Positions 40,951 to 54,096 of a DNA stretch of 64,000 nucleotides are shown here, piece by piece. Location of the stretch: contig OX597817.1 of assembly GCA_951406725.2 (NCBI GenBank), forward strand, positions 65,658,001-65,722,000, written 5' to 3'. The notes below the pieces were generated by a model that was given only the letters and a program-made list of their open reading frames with translations, did not search any database and was not told the DNA's origin. Within the stretch, counting starts at the first letter, position 1; each line of letters begins with the position of its first letter. The translations under genes were made by a program, and so were the position numbers. The DNA is from Octopus vulgaris. Taxonomy: Eukaryota.

Positions 40951-41170
40951 GTCAGGTCGCTCTAGAGTGCTACTGGTAACGTAATCCAGTACAATCTGTA
41001 GCGTGGTTGGGTCGTCGGCGACTAAACTAAGAACCCCACCAGACTCGTTTGGTGAGGAGGGTGTTGTTGGACACCTTGTGGGATGAAAAATAAGACCCAT
41101 CAAAGGGTGGACGAACTCCTGAATAGTCGAAGGCAATCCAACAAAATGCTGGCCTGCCCGCCCAGCCAGT
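40951..41170 (+). mobile_element. Putative 5' leader of an R4-like retroelement; homologous copy on the minus strand ending at 33314
   Basis: Both copies start at gtca..tcgctc.agagtgctac straight after a TATG/TA tract and align for about 200 nt. The family assignment is inferred. Confidence 0.5.
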
Positions 41171-41901
41171 GTATATATGTGTGTGGTGATGTATACACAT
41201 ACACACATATGTATGTACATATATGTGTGTGGATGTGGGTGCGAGTGTAGGGTATTCACAGCTGTACTTGTTATGTTGTGTCCTTTTATGCTCTACAACT
41301 TATTGGTTAAGCAAACAGAAATCAATGAAATAAGCACTGAGGACAATATAATCAATCAAACACTTGAAGATGGTACCCAACAATTGTCACACAATCCAAT
41401 GACTAAAAGTTTTTTGTTTTGTTTGCCCTTTTCAAGCCTAGCCAGGCTCATAGGTCTAGTTTCCCGGTTTCTGTGGTGTATGTGTTTCTCCCAGCTGGAT
41501 GGGACGCCAGACTATCACAGCGATATGCAAGAAACAGGAAGAGAGAGTGAGAGAAAGTTGTGGCGAAAGAATACAACAGAGGTCGCCTGCCGGAGCCTCG
41601 TGGAGCTTTTAGGTGTTTTCGCTCAATAAACATGCACAACGCCTGGTCTGGGAATCAAAACCGCGATCCTCCAGTCATGTGTCCGCTGCCCTAACCACTG
41701 GGCCATTGCACCTCCACAATGACTAAAAGTAGTAAAACAATAACAAAATAGATAACATAAAAAATTAAACCATAGCCACAATAACATCATCAAGACGTAT
41801 TGTGTTATGGCAAGTCACATCTCAATACTGATCCGAAGGCACTGAACTTCCACTTGATATAGTCTGACTTTACTTTAAGTAACAAAGCTTGGGTTTCTTA
41901 C

Positions 41902-41960
41902 CTCCTCCTCTAGCAACTCAGGACTGACAACTCGACTGATTAAACCATGCCGTAGTGCCT
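41902..41960 (-). CDS. ECHDC3: ECHDC3 exon (EALRHGLISRVVSPELLEEE)
   Basis: Acceptor attgcag and donor GAG|gtaaga; 59 nt, phase 1 to 0. Crotonase EAxxxGLxxxVV motif. Confidence 0.93.
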
Positions 41961-43497
41961 CTGCAATATATATTTATATATATACATTCATAACAATGTA
42001 TAACCCTGTGATGGAGACAGATATATACTAACATATGTGCACACACATAAATACACACACACACACACACACAATACACACACACAAATGATAAGCTCTC
42101 AGTTTAACAGACCTTAATTTGATGGAAATTGAGTTTTTAATAACACAGCAAAATACTTTTCAACTACACAGACAAAAAGGGAAATAGAATTATATATTTT
42201 TTATTATAATCTAATAATACTTTGTTGTGCAAAAAAGTAAATATTGCATTCAAGTTCTTCATTTTTTTACATTAAGCACAAAAAAAATAGCCCTTGGGTT
42301 ACTTCCAACTTAATGGGCATTTGATATAAATGGAATTGTGATTCTCAATATTAGTCCTTTAAATCATGGGAAGGTTTTGTGTGTGTGTGTGTGTGTGCAC
42401 GCGCATGCATGCATATGTGTGTCACCATTTTTGACATCATCGTTTTAATGTCCACTTTTTCGGGCTTGAACATGTCAGATGGAATTTGTTGAGGTAGATT
42501 TTCTACCTCAACGAAGACTTCAAATTAACAGCTGCATAAAGTTTCTATAAACTACAATTTATTTGGTTGATTTTAATTCTACATCCATCCATCTCCATAC
42601 CAAGCTGTGTATTTCTACATGGTGTTAAGAAGGGCATCCAGACATAAAAACCATGCCAAAACAGATATGGAGCCTGAATAGTCTTTCAACTGTCAGCTCC
42701 TGTCAAATGGTTCAACAGATTCCAGCATGGAAAGCAGAGATTAACTGATGATGATGATGATGATATATCAATCCTACAGAGAAGTCTCTATGTAATCTCA
42801 ATCTGCTAGAAATAACGGCCTAATTTTGTTAACCTTACATTCAACCATGCTTGTACCATCCTAGGATACTTTTACATTTTTACATGACATAACAGATATG
42901 ACATCAGCCTACTAGAAACAGAAGTCAATCACACCATACCATCATTAAAAAGAAGGACATATAAAATAATGCAGCTTTGGATACATTATCTCTGAAACAA
43001 TGACAGGGATGGTCATGAATGGAAGATCTTGACATTGTATGATAATAGTAAACAAGTATTACTCAGCATACAAGTAGTGTCATTAATTTCAAATAGTGTA
43101 CAAGAACATATCTAGCAATGGGGAAATATTACCTTGCTCAGAAACAGGTGAGTGCTGGAAACAGGAAGAGCTTCCAGGCATAGAAAAATCTACCTCATTA
43201 AACTCCCTCCAACCCAAGCAAGTATGGAAAAGAGAATGCTATAATAATTATGATGATGATATTATCTTACATCCACTTTTCCATGCTGGCATGCTCAGGC
43301 ACTATAAATACATATTTATATTCACTTTTGTTTTGCTTTTGTAATTATGTTATGACAAACTATTAAGTGTTAGAAAAGATTGTTATACATCAACTATAAT
43401 TAGTTCAATTTCAACAAAAAATTTCAGATCAAATCATTCACCAAACAAATACAACAGTGAAATTATTATTTGAAATTTAAAAATACATATTATTTAC

Positions 43498-43607
43498 CAT
43501 CAGCTGATATTGGTTGTCCAGTGAGAAGCATTTCCATAGCAACCTTGCGAGGAACAGCCCGGCCAAGTGCTACACCAGGAGTTGTACAAAAGAGGCCAAT
43601 ATTTACT
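43498..43607 (-). CDS. ECHDC3: ECHDC3 exon ([36 protein letters not shown])
   Basis: Acceptor ttttgcag and donor G|gtaaat; 110 nt, phase 2 to 1. Very close to the vertebrate ECHDC3 segment [24 protein letters not shown]. Confidence 0.96.
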
Positions 43608-43867
43608 CTGCAAAAAATAAAATAAGTAAATAAGTATAAATAAAACAAAAATCTCAAGAAAGGTGTTATATATTCACACAATGCAAGATACAATACAATA
43701 CTCATATAATTTTGATACAATGTTATAATACTGTTTCTTTGATATTACCTCCACACATCCAATTGTGTTTCAAATCTGCTAGCATTTCTTTTATTTTTTT
43801 CCTCACTTTGAGCATTGACCCATCTTCCACTTACTTATTTTTACCTCCCTTCCTCCTCTGTTACATC

Positions 43868-43898
<31 letters not shown>

Positions 43899-44505
43899 CA
43901 CAGACATACCTGCACCTAATCATGTCTCTCCAAAAATTTGAGTGTGTGGTGAATACAACTAGTAAGACCTATGATATTTTTTTCCTCTTTTTTACATTTT
44001 TTAATTCCTAAAAAAAATTTTCTATAATCAGTGTCTGATTCAAGGTTTTATTGAAATAGGATAATTTTATGGTCAGATGCCAACCACCTTAATAAAGGTA
44101 AAATATGGCACAGATAAAATATCTTGAATTCAAATATGCCTTTCTGAATTTGATAAAATAAGCCTGTCTTGTACTGGAGTCAATACAACTAACAATATTT
44201 TAGAAGGCAGTATCTCAACATAGCCAGTGTTCAATAACCAAAACCAGTAAGAGACAAGGAAAGAACAAAAGATTTGCCTATATTTGACAAGAAAGAATGA
44301 AAGCATGGATTTTTGTCAGTGAACAGGTCACGGATTTAAGCGACGAAAATATTTTGACAAATTAAACTTAAATGTTGAAGTGAATCAAACGGCTTTTGTG
44401 TGTTTCTTAAATGGCTTACAAACACCTTCCACGCTGCAATGAAAAATGTATAACAAATAAAAGGAAAAAAAGTTTAAAATTATAGATTAAAACAGAATGA
44501 CTTAC

Positions 44506-44590
44506 CCAGGTACAGCAAACTTGGCTTTTTCTGAAGCTATGGCAATATCACATGATGTTACAAGCTGACAGCCAGCAGCTGTAGCCAAAC
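44506..44590 (-). CDS. ECHDC3: ECHDC3 exon ([29 protein letters not shown])
   Basis: Acceptor atttcag and donor GG|gtaagt; 85 nt, phase 1 to 2. AAGCQLVxSCD is the ECHDC3-type signature. Confidence 0.95.
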
Positions 44591-44792
44591 CTGAAATATA
44601 GAGTTGTAACAAAAAAAAAGGAAGTTAGAACAAAACTAAGAGAAAGAACATTTTCACTTCTCTTCAAATAGTTAGCAATTTATTCAGTCTAATTGCTTTG
44701 TTCAAAACAGAGAACTAATATAATCAAAATACATTAACCTAGTAATCTCAATATTTTTTTATATTCCTTTTTTATTTATTTTTTTAGTTTTA

Positions 44793-44833
<41 letters not shown>

Positions 44834-44836
44834 TCT

Positions 44837-45168
44837 GAGACCCCCTTTGGTTACGACACTGACCATGGGATTGCACCTACAAAGTTACCCTCCCAGGCAC
44901 AAGTCCAGGCAAGGTTGTTTATGGAAGACCTGCAGTCTCCCATGCATACCGGCCTCCCCTCTCCATGCCACCAGTGTTATCCAAGAGTAACGCAAGGGCC
45001 AATACAGCTTAGCACCTGTGATGTCACAACTCATTTCTACAGCTGAGTGAACTGGAGCAACGTGAAATAAAGTGTCTTGCTCAAGAACACATGCAGCCAG
45101 GTCTGGGATTTGAGCCCGCAACCTCACGATTGTAAGCTCGATGCTCTAACCACTGAGCCATGCACCTT
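44837..45168 (-). mobile_element. tRNA-derived SINE (same family as 18012)
   Basis: Full-length reverse-complement alignment to 18012-18344. Confidence 0.88.
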
Positions 45169-46276
45169 TAATATATATATATATAAACAATTGGTGGATG
45201 AAGACATAGAGAACCCTTCAGTGAGATGGTGGAAGAACATTCAGAAACAGCCTTGGTCATGGGCAGATGGAGCTCATTAGCCCTGAAAGGCAGTCCTTCT
45301 AGGAGATAGAAACACCAACCGAAAACCTTGCTTGGCAGGTAGGCAACATGGCAAACCCTCACAAACCTGGATTTCAGCAACCTGCTGCAACTTCTGGATA
45401 TCTTTTGGTTGTCTTGGACTTTTTCATTGCCACCAGCCAAACCATTATAAACCTTCAGTTTACACAGATAACAATTCTCTTGTTCTACAATGTAATTTCA
45501 ACATCTCAACACCAATTAACTATCTAATTAATGCAAAGATAAATTTCAGCTAGGATAAATTAGACATGCCAGCTTTTCTAACAGACAAGATTTCCCTTGA
45601 TTGTTAATTATTATAAATACTTCTACATATATTGCATATTTCTTATTCTTAAAGGCAGATTAGCTATTTCCAGAAAGTGTGCATGAGTGCAGACATAAGT
45701 GTGTGGTTAAGCATTCTCTTAACAAATGTGTGGCTCAGAGTTTGGTCCCAGTGTGACACCTTAAGCAAGTGTCTTCTTGGTATTGTGTATTTAGAACTAC
45801 ATTATTTCAAGAGATATCTTTACTGAATATCAGACTAATGTAGAGTAACAGTCTCTGAAATTATCCAACCTAGCAAACTTATATTTCCTAACCAAGCATT
45901 TATGAATTAATACAGAGACAATAGTATAACTGAAATGCCCACATGATATAATGGATCATTGAAACTTACCATCCAAATTACTTACACATCTCAGGCTACA
46001 ATAACAGAAAGTACACAAAAGAGCGTTGAGAAATCTTTCTGATAATGATATTAAAAAATTCTGGAGAAAGTAAAGATAACCATTAATAATGGTAAACATT
46101 TGACTAAAACCAGCAGATGTGGAAGGACATTGTCTATGGACAATGAGAACATTAAAAGGTGAGCTGTATCAGGAGGAAGGTCCACTCTAAGACCACCTCC
46201 TACCTAAAACATTCATGCTGCTGCTGCTGATGATGATGATAATGGTATAAAGTGGGACAGAATAATGAATACTAAC

Positions 46277-46310
46277 CACTAACTTGAGCAATTACTGGTA
46301 CTGCCATGTC
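46277..46310 (-). CDS. ECHDC3: ECHDC3 34-nt micro-exon (DMAVPVIAQVSG)
   Basis: Acceptor ccttttctag and donor G|gttagt; phase 0 to 1. Encodes the conserved PVIAxVxG strand. Confidence 0.9.
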
Positions 46311-47386
46311 CTAGAAAAGGAAGGAATAAGGAAAAGAAATATCAGAGTTACTTATTAATCAAGTTAACAAAAATATCCATCAAAAAAATTTAAAAGAAAA
46401 AATAAAGTTATTTTCAATTTAATGAATATATTAAAAAAATGAATTAAAACAGAGAAAGAAAAAGTACATGATGTACATCTTGATGACAAAGTCAGCAAGA
46501 GTGTATATATGCATATTCTTGAGTGTGTAGGTATGTGCTACACACTCACCTGAGATGGTAAATTCATCACATTAAGCTCACTCAATAAAATATTCATAGA
46601 TAATAATGGCAAACTAGTTTTTCTACCTCTTGTTACAAAATATTGTGGTAGTTGTTCTGAGATAGAAGCATACGAATCTCAACTAATTTCATAATTTATG
46701 GCAATACTTAGACAATGTAGACGGGTGACAAAAATAGAGACCAAAAGAGTGAAACATTCCACCAGAACACATCATACATTAAGTTGTATTTGTTGAAAAT
46801 TCATTAAATGAAATTGATTGTTGCTGTCACCATCGCCGTTGTTGTTGTCATCACCATCATCATTATTATAGTGTTCTTTCCATATCATGGTATAATCTTG
46901 ACATGGTTTGTTTTGAAATCTAATAATATGCGCCCAGAAACAAAGATTCAGATGTTTATTTTTGTGTTGTTAGAGTAGACGGCTGAATACAGCATTTGTC
47001 TTGTGACAATAATCACCATACATCAATCACTGCCAGTAAAGTATCCTGTGCAAAAATTTCAAATCTAGGTGAATTCATGTTGAAACAATTCTGCCAATTC
47101 AAGTAAAATTACAACATTGAACTTCTATTGGGATAACCACAACAATTAAGATGATGAAACAACATGGAGGGGGAGGAGGAGGCGAAGGCGGAGAAGATGT
47201 AGTGGTTACAAATGATGTCACTGGTTGCAGTGGTAGTGAAAGTGATACTGACATTCATGATGATGATGAGAATGAAAATAATGGTGATGGTGTCAATGAA
47301 TATAGCAGAAGTTAGTTTTGGTTATGATGATGATGATAGTGATGGTACTGATGCTGACAGTGTGTAGCTGTGAAAATGACACTGAC

Positions 47387-47458
47387 CTGTATCATACACA
47401 TAACTTCAGAACATGACTTGAAAATCTCAATTTGTTTAGTCTTTGATTTGTCATCTGT
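47387..47458 (-). CDS. ECHDC3: ECHDC3 exon (TDDKSKTKQIEIFKSCSEVMCMIQ)
   Basis: Acceptor tttttattag and donor CAG|gtcagt; 72 nt, phase 0-0. Matches the ECHDC3 'EVFQTCSKVM' segment. Confidence 0.9.
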
Positions 47459-48570
47459 CTAATAAAAATAAGAAAAATATGTATATATAAATACACACAC
47501 AAACAAATAAAGTTTTTCATAGTTTCAGCAACTAACAGTATTATAGAGTTAGATATTGGAAGATAGATTTGTTTGTATCCTGTACTAGCAGTGCAGAAGC
47601 AGTTCAGACAACAGAGAACTGGACCAAAAGTGTGGAAGCATTAAGTCGTGAAAGGATCTGGAAAGCTATATTGACAAGGGTCAATATTATTAACAATGTC
47701 CCACATTAATGGAAGTTAGCCTTTCATCTAAATAACACACAAACACACACACATCTACTATATAAATGAGAGTTTGTGTGTATGTGTATATGTGTGTCAC
47801 TGAAAGGCTTTGAAACAATGTGTTCTTGAGAAAACCGGAGTTGATTTTTTAAATCTACATCCCAAGAAGGCTTTTGCTTATTAGTAATTCTCTCTCTCTC
47901 TCTTTCGGAGAGGCACTGAGCACCTACACGCACACATACACACACGACAGTTACTTCCGCCTACCGAATTCAATCACAAAGCTTCGGTTGGTTCGGGGCT
48001 ATAGTAGAAGACACCTGCCCAAAGTGCCACGCAGTGGGACTGAACCCGAAACCATGTAGCTAGGAAGCAAGCTCCCTAACCACAAAAAATATAATTTGCT
48101 ACAAGAAATAACTCAACTGCCAGATCACCAACATTGCATGTCTTTAGAAGCTGCCATCTTAAACTGATGGTTACATGATTAATTTTTAAGAAATGTGAAT
48201 AAATAAGCATTACATTTGACAGTATAATCTGAATGTTAAAGGGTTAAACATGTAAAGTTGCTAAAAAGTCTTTGAATGGTAACTTGTATGGAATGGAATA
48301 GCTCAAGCAGAACAGAACTATCCTAGTATACTAAACAGCAACAACATTATTTTTAAATTATCTGCTCTCTATCATACACAGCCATAACATCCACATGACC
48401 TCACATGATATTTTAAGATAATCACAGCAAGTTATGACTGAATGTTACTAATGATAACACAGTTCACCAGTTGTGTCAAACAGTAACATAAAGCATTACA
48501 AAAAAAATATAAAATGAAAATAAAATAAAGTAAATTAAAATAAGTGTTTGTTTTGAAGACTTACAATAAC

Positions 48571-48706
48571 TAGTTCTTTGAGATCATGTCCTGACGAAAA
48601 AACATCACCTTTAGATGTTAGTAGTACAACCCTTACATTATCATCATTGCTGCAGGACTTCAATTCTTTATGAAGATTTAACAACATGGCAGAAGACAAA
48701 GCATTT
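48571..48706 (-). CDS. ECHDC3: ECHDC3 exon (NALSSAMLLNLHKELKSCSNDDNVRVVLLTSKGDVFSSGHDLKEL)
   Basis: Acceptor gatctcag; FSSGHDLKEL crotonase oxyanion-hole motif. The donor is either gttatt (exon end 48571) or gtaagt 6 nt later (exon end 48565); both are in frame. Confidence 0.93.
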
Positions 48707-49105
48707 CTGAGATCAACATGAAAGAGAACACAGAAAAAGAAACAGTTAAATATGGCATCAAAGTTTGTTATCATCATCATCATCATCATCATCATCATTA
48801 TTACTGTACTAGCTTTAGCAGTACATATACTAAAATTGGAATGATATAAAGAAAATTATTATTATTATTATTATTATCATCATTAGGATGGTGAGCAGGC
48901 AGAACTGTTACTATGCAAGGCAAAATGTTTAGTGGTGTTTCATCTGACTTTATGTTCTGAGTTCCAATTCCTCCACCGGGATCAATAAAATAAGTACCAG
49001 TTGAACTCTGGAGTTGATGTAATTGATTAATCCCCACCCTCTTAAAATTACAGCCTTGTTGCTTATAGTCGAAAAAATTATCATCATCGTTGTTGTTCTT
49101 GTTGT

Positions 49106-49154
<49 letters not shown>

Positions 49155-49408
49155 TAGGTAGTGAGCTGGCAGTATCTTTAGCACAATAGGCAAAATGCTT
49201 AGTGGCATTTCATTTGTCTTCACGTTCTGAGCTCAAACTCTACTGAGGCCAACTTGCCCTTCAACCTTCGAGATTGATAAAATAAGTACCAGTTGAATAC
49301 TGGGGTCAATGTAATCGACTTAGCTTCTCCCCCAAAATTTCAGGCCTTGTGCCTAGAGAAGAAAGTGTATTTATTGTCATCATCATCATTATTATTAATA
49401 ATAATAAT

Positions 49409-52400
49409 GTTTTCTTTATTGGCTACATAGAACACACAGGAAGGCAAATACAAAGGCACAAACAGAGGGGGTTTATCTGCAAACATGTAAAACAATAACA
49501 AAAATGAATAATAAAGTTAAACAATTACAATTCCCCAATGGGTGGGGGGGAGAGACTTTCAAGGGAAAAGCATGCAAATCCCACAGAAAATCACAGTTTC
49601 CCTGAGCAAATGCTTCCTCTCTCTTTTACTCCAATCAGAAGCGCATGCTCAGAGCTGGCCCATTCACACAAACCATACTCGCCACTCTCATCCACCTTTC
49701 AATAAATTTGTGAGAAGAGAGCACTTCCCTCTCTGCTCTGATCTGCCTTTTCAAGTGGAACCTGAAAAAGTTGATCAGAGATTCACCAGAGAGGAAAGTG
49801 CCTGTCTTCAGCCCTTTCAGGCTTGTCCACTACACAACCTCTTTTGCCATGAGCACCAGGCAGGTGAAAGCTTCCCAGCCTTCTCAAACAAAGGAAGAGA
49901 GTGGAACAATCTTAATAATAGACTCGATTGATAGCCAGATTCGTGTGACATGCAACAGCAAGTGCTCAACATAAACCCACATGTCAGAAATTGTTGGGCA
50001 CTGGACGAATGTGTGCAGAATGGTTTCATTGCTCTGTTTGCATCTTGAGTAGCTCCGACTGATGGCACTTCAATGCCTATGAAGTTTATCCCAAATTGGC
50101 AATGCTCCCCGGTAGCATTGCCAGGTCAGGGATTTCTGGAAGTTATCCATAGGCCCCAACCTGAAAGTCCTCCAGAAAAGTTCAGCCAGTTGTTCCGCAT
50201 TGAAGCACCTATACTCCACTAATCCCCTATAGAACACCAAGATAGAATTTCCACTGACCATACTGCCCGACTAGTAGAGGACTAAGAGGGCGTGTCGACA
50301 CTCAAGGTGTCACTCGCCTCCCTTGGTCTCAGCTTAACCCAGGATTGTAACTCCATTAAGATGGGTTGAGGAAAAGTGCATCTGGCAAAAGGTGACCTCA
50401 CCTACTCACCATCAAGGAAACACTGGAGATGCCGCAGCCTCAGCACATACCTGCGCATCAGTAACCATGGCATGCCCATCCCTCCGTTCAGTAGCTGTTG
50501 ACAGCAGATGGACTTCCTGACAAGAAGAATGTACCCCTTTCACAGAAAGTGAAAGAGTATACACTCTAACTTGTTCAAATGTGACTCAGGGCAAGGCACG
50601 GCAGTCAGAAGGTAATAGATGATGGATGCAATATAAGTATTCGCCACCTCTGCTCGATCTTTCAGGGACAGTTTCCTCTTAGCCCTTTTCTGGATGAGTT
50701 TGGCTACCCTGATCATCACCTTTTCCAAGTTCTTGTCCACTTAGATGCCTGGACTGAACCAGACCCAGAGTAGCTTAACTGGTCTGTCTGTCCTGCACCT
50801 TATGATGCTGTTGGACAGCATAGACCTGCCTCACCAGGAGCTGAGTTGCAGGCCTACTGACTTGCCTGGGTTAATCTTTGCTCCTGTCACCACTTCATAT
50901 TCCTTTAGAGTGGTGCCAATCACCTTGATGTGCTGAAAAGTGGCTCAAAGCTGGCCACTCTGAGGACTGCTACCAGATACCGATGGTTGACCCAGTCAAA
51001 AGCTTTCAATTGATCTAAACTGATCAGGGCCCCACCCATACCAGCTTTCCTAGCCACTCCCTCTATGATGTATCATGAGGTGGAGGTTGTTGTGGATAGA
51101 TCATTTTGGGATGGAACACGTTTGTGCCTCGCCAATCAACCAATGGATGACAAGTGCCAGCCTCTTTACTAATACCTTGACCAAAATCTTTAACTCTGTG
51201 TTAAGCAGAGTTATGGGCCAGAAATTATCTACACTATCCCCCTAGTCCAGGTTCTTTCTCAGCAGAGTCACCACACCTCGGCTAACAGTGGTGGGAATTC
51301 TTCCATTCTGTTGCCAGTTCAGGTAGATGTCTGCCAAGAGGTCACTGAACATCTCTGGCATACTTGAGTACAGCTCATAGGGTAGACCATCTAAACCTGC
51401 CTTAGTCCTATCTGTACAACCTTTGTGCTTTGCATTGAAATGATGGTCTAGGACCAGTTTCACTGCAAGTACATTGGTTGTGATCTCTTTCCTCAGTGCT
51501 TCTTCTAATTTATGAATTCCTTTTCTACTTTCTCTAAGGCTACATACTAATCGACTCTGCTTTTATTGCTCTTTTTAAGGTGAGCCACCCTCTATTATTA
51601 GTTATTGCCTCTGACGATGCTCGCTTAGCTAGCTCTCTAAGCCAGTCCCTGTAAGGGACGACGTGTTCAGCTTCCAATAACCGGGTTCCTGTCTATGTAA
51701 CCTATCTTAAGCGTACATACCATAAAATTGTGGTCTGTGTAGCTTACTATTTGAAAATGTGAATACCCTATGCTATCCCTATCTCCTACTCTTCAGAATA
51801 TCCTATCTAAGTACAATCTGGGTGACCCATTTCAGTTTAACCAAGTTCACATTGGTGCATTCTAAATGGAAACTACTGAGCCGGTCTGAGAGGTTTTGCA
51901 ACACACTTCCTCACTAGCTACTCCCACACAGTCAATGCATTTGTCTAAGATACTGTTCCAGTCCCTGACTAGCACTAAGGAGCGAGACATACCTGGAAAG
52001 GTCTCTAGACACCTGAAGAACTCTGACCGATCCTGCCCACTTGGGGCATAGATTGCTATTAGTCTGAAAGTGTAGCCTTCCTTGCTTGTCATGTCCAGCA
52101 CCAGGGTCTATGAAAACAGCTCATATTGCAAAGTCCAAGCCTATATGAAACAACACAGCAACATCACCTTCCCCTCCTGGCTAATTTGGAGATAAGAATA
52201 TCTCATAGCCATTGAGGAAGGGAGCAAGAACCTATGTGACCCTCACCTCACTGATGGCCACCACATCCAATCATAGAGACATTAGGTCGTGGAGGAGATA
52301 ATTTTGTTTCCAATGACTGCACAGTCCCTGTGCATTCACACTGCCTATTCTGAGCATAACCATAAGTATGGATAAAGCAAGAGAAAAACCACTTATCTAT

Positions 52401-53950
52401 AGGTGTCACTTACCTATAGGTGCCACAGGTCACTGCTTCCACCATCAGTAATCTTCATGGAGGTTCAGAGGCACATGGTGCTCTGGCTTGCAGTTCAGCT
52501 GTCTGCACCTACTCTATTAGTTCCTCATATAGTCTCTTGTTTATTTCCTACTGCATTGGGAACTTATTTTTTAAAATCTATATCTTTTGATGTCTGGTGT
52601 GACAAAGTCTACATGCATGATGTCTGTATGTCGATGTATGTACTCCAAGTTTCTATTGTTCGTATTCACCACTGTGTAGTTTCGAAAGTTTTGCTCTTGT
52701 TGCTAGACTGGGCAATGCACAGGCCATGTGTGTCAGAAGGGCCATGTGTGTGAGAAGGGTGGTGCTACTCTGTTGTTGTTGTTGCTGTGTTAGTGATCCT
52801 GGTGCTAGTATTGGCTTCCCTTGCTATGAGCAAAAAGCCTTGAGATGGTTTGTTTCCCCACATAGGTGACATCTCGGCCTTCTGCCCTCAACAGCTGTGT
52901 GAAGCCTTCTACTGTCTGACAATGTTATATAGTCAGGTATTGTTTTGATGATACCTGGTTCAGCCTGTATGAGAAGCTGCTTCCCTTGACCCAACCAGTT
53001 CAATTTCTCCATTCTCTGTATTTGAAGAACATTTGTTCTTTACTTCTATTTCAGAGTAACACAGCTACCAACCAGCAAATATTGATTTCTGGTGGTATGT
53101 TGTGTATTGTCACCTTAGATACTCTTCAGCCAAGGTAAAATGATATCAGGGTCAGTTCATCACTGGTGGTGGAGTGATGTTTGGCCTCCTTTTCCGAGCT
53201 GAATCTCACCTCGACGGTTCCAAATCTTTTCTCTCTAGCTACATAGATTTTACTGCACTAGACTGGATGCAGACACTTTTCCAGTTGTTGTTGTGTAGCC
53301 TGCTCTACCTACCTGCTGTTCGTGGCAATCACTTTGTATACAATTGTCTGTAAATTGGTGTTTTGCTGGACAGACATGGGAACATTAAGTTGGCTATTTC
53401 TCCCAACTTTCTTTAACATACTTCTGGCCTCTTTATATTCATCTTCCTGATGAAAAATTCCTTTGTATGTCTCTCAAGTTGCTGCTGTGAACCCCATATT
53501 CTTTGGTTAAAAACTTTCATTTTCCCTTTTATCATTTTGTTGTTGGTCACTGCTGAACTGCTGCTGCTGCTGCTGGAGATGGTGGCAGCAGGGGCAGTAC
53601 CGTTTTCGCAGTTTTTCTTTGTCTCTGCCGTGGTGGCGATGGTGGTGCAGGGAGCAAAAGAAAATAATTTTCAGATTGTCTGCTACTGTTATTGCCATTG
53701 TTCCTACCACCTTCTATGTCTTGTGGCATAGACGGGGTAGGTTGACTTGCAAGTGCAGGAAGATTTCCACCTGTGACCACTCTCACTGATGGTTTGGAGA
53801 AGAAAGCTCCACCATACTAAATTTTTTTTGTAATTTTTTGAAAAGAAATTTTTCTTTTCGGAAATTTGTTCCTTAGAGCAGATAAGAATTGTTTTTGGTT
53901 AGACCCCTCTCACCTGCTCAAGAGAAGACACACAATGTGCAAAAAAAAAT
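49409..53950 (-). mobile_element. Tx1/L1-like LINE, near full length and decayed (ORF1 CCHC knuckle; ORF2 APE endonuclease and RT)
   Basis: CHLCGETNHLKAFC (52824-53012); FRLIAIYAPS..DWNSILD endonuclease; GLDGLPYELY and RKLSLKDRAEVANTYI RT motifs; AATAAA then an (ATT)n-type tract at the 3' end. The 5' boundary is approximate. Confidence 0.85.
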
Positions 53951-54096
53951 GAACAGAAAACAAACTTTAGCAACAAAATAAAGTAAAAAACTTACGAAAC
54001 CAATGTAGACACATGTCATTAGACAAACAAGCCATACAAACACCAATAATAATAATAATAATGATAATAATAATAATGATAGTAATAATAATAATG

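Noticed and set aside
44506-44590. Absence of both canonical enoyl-CoA hydratase glutamates (GCQ and VPG) as a sign of pseudogenisation or novelty
   Set aside because: The same substitutions are typical of the ECHDC3 subfamily, and the reading frame is intact.
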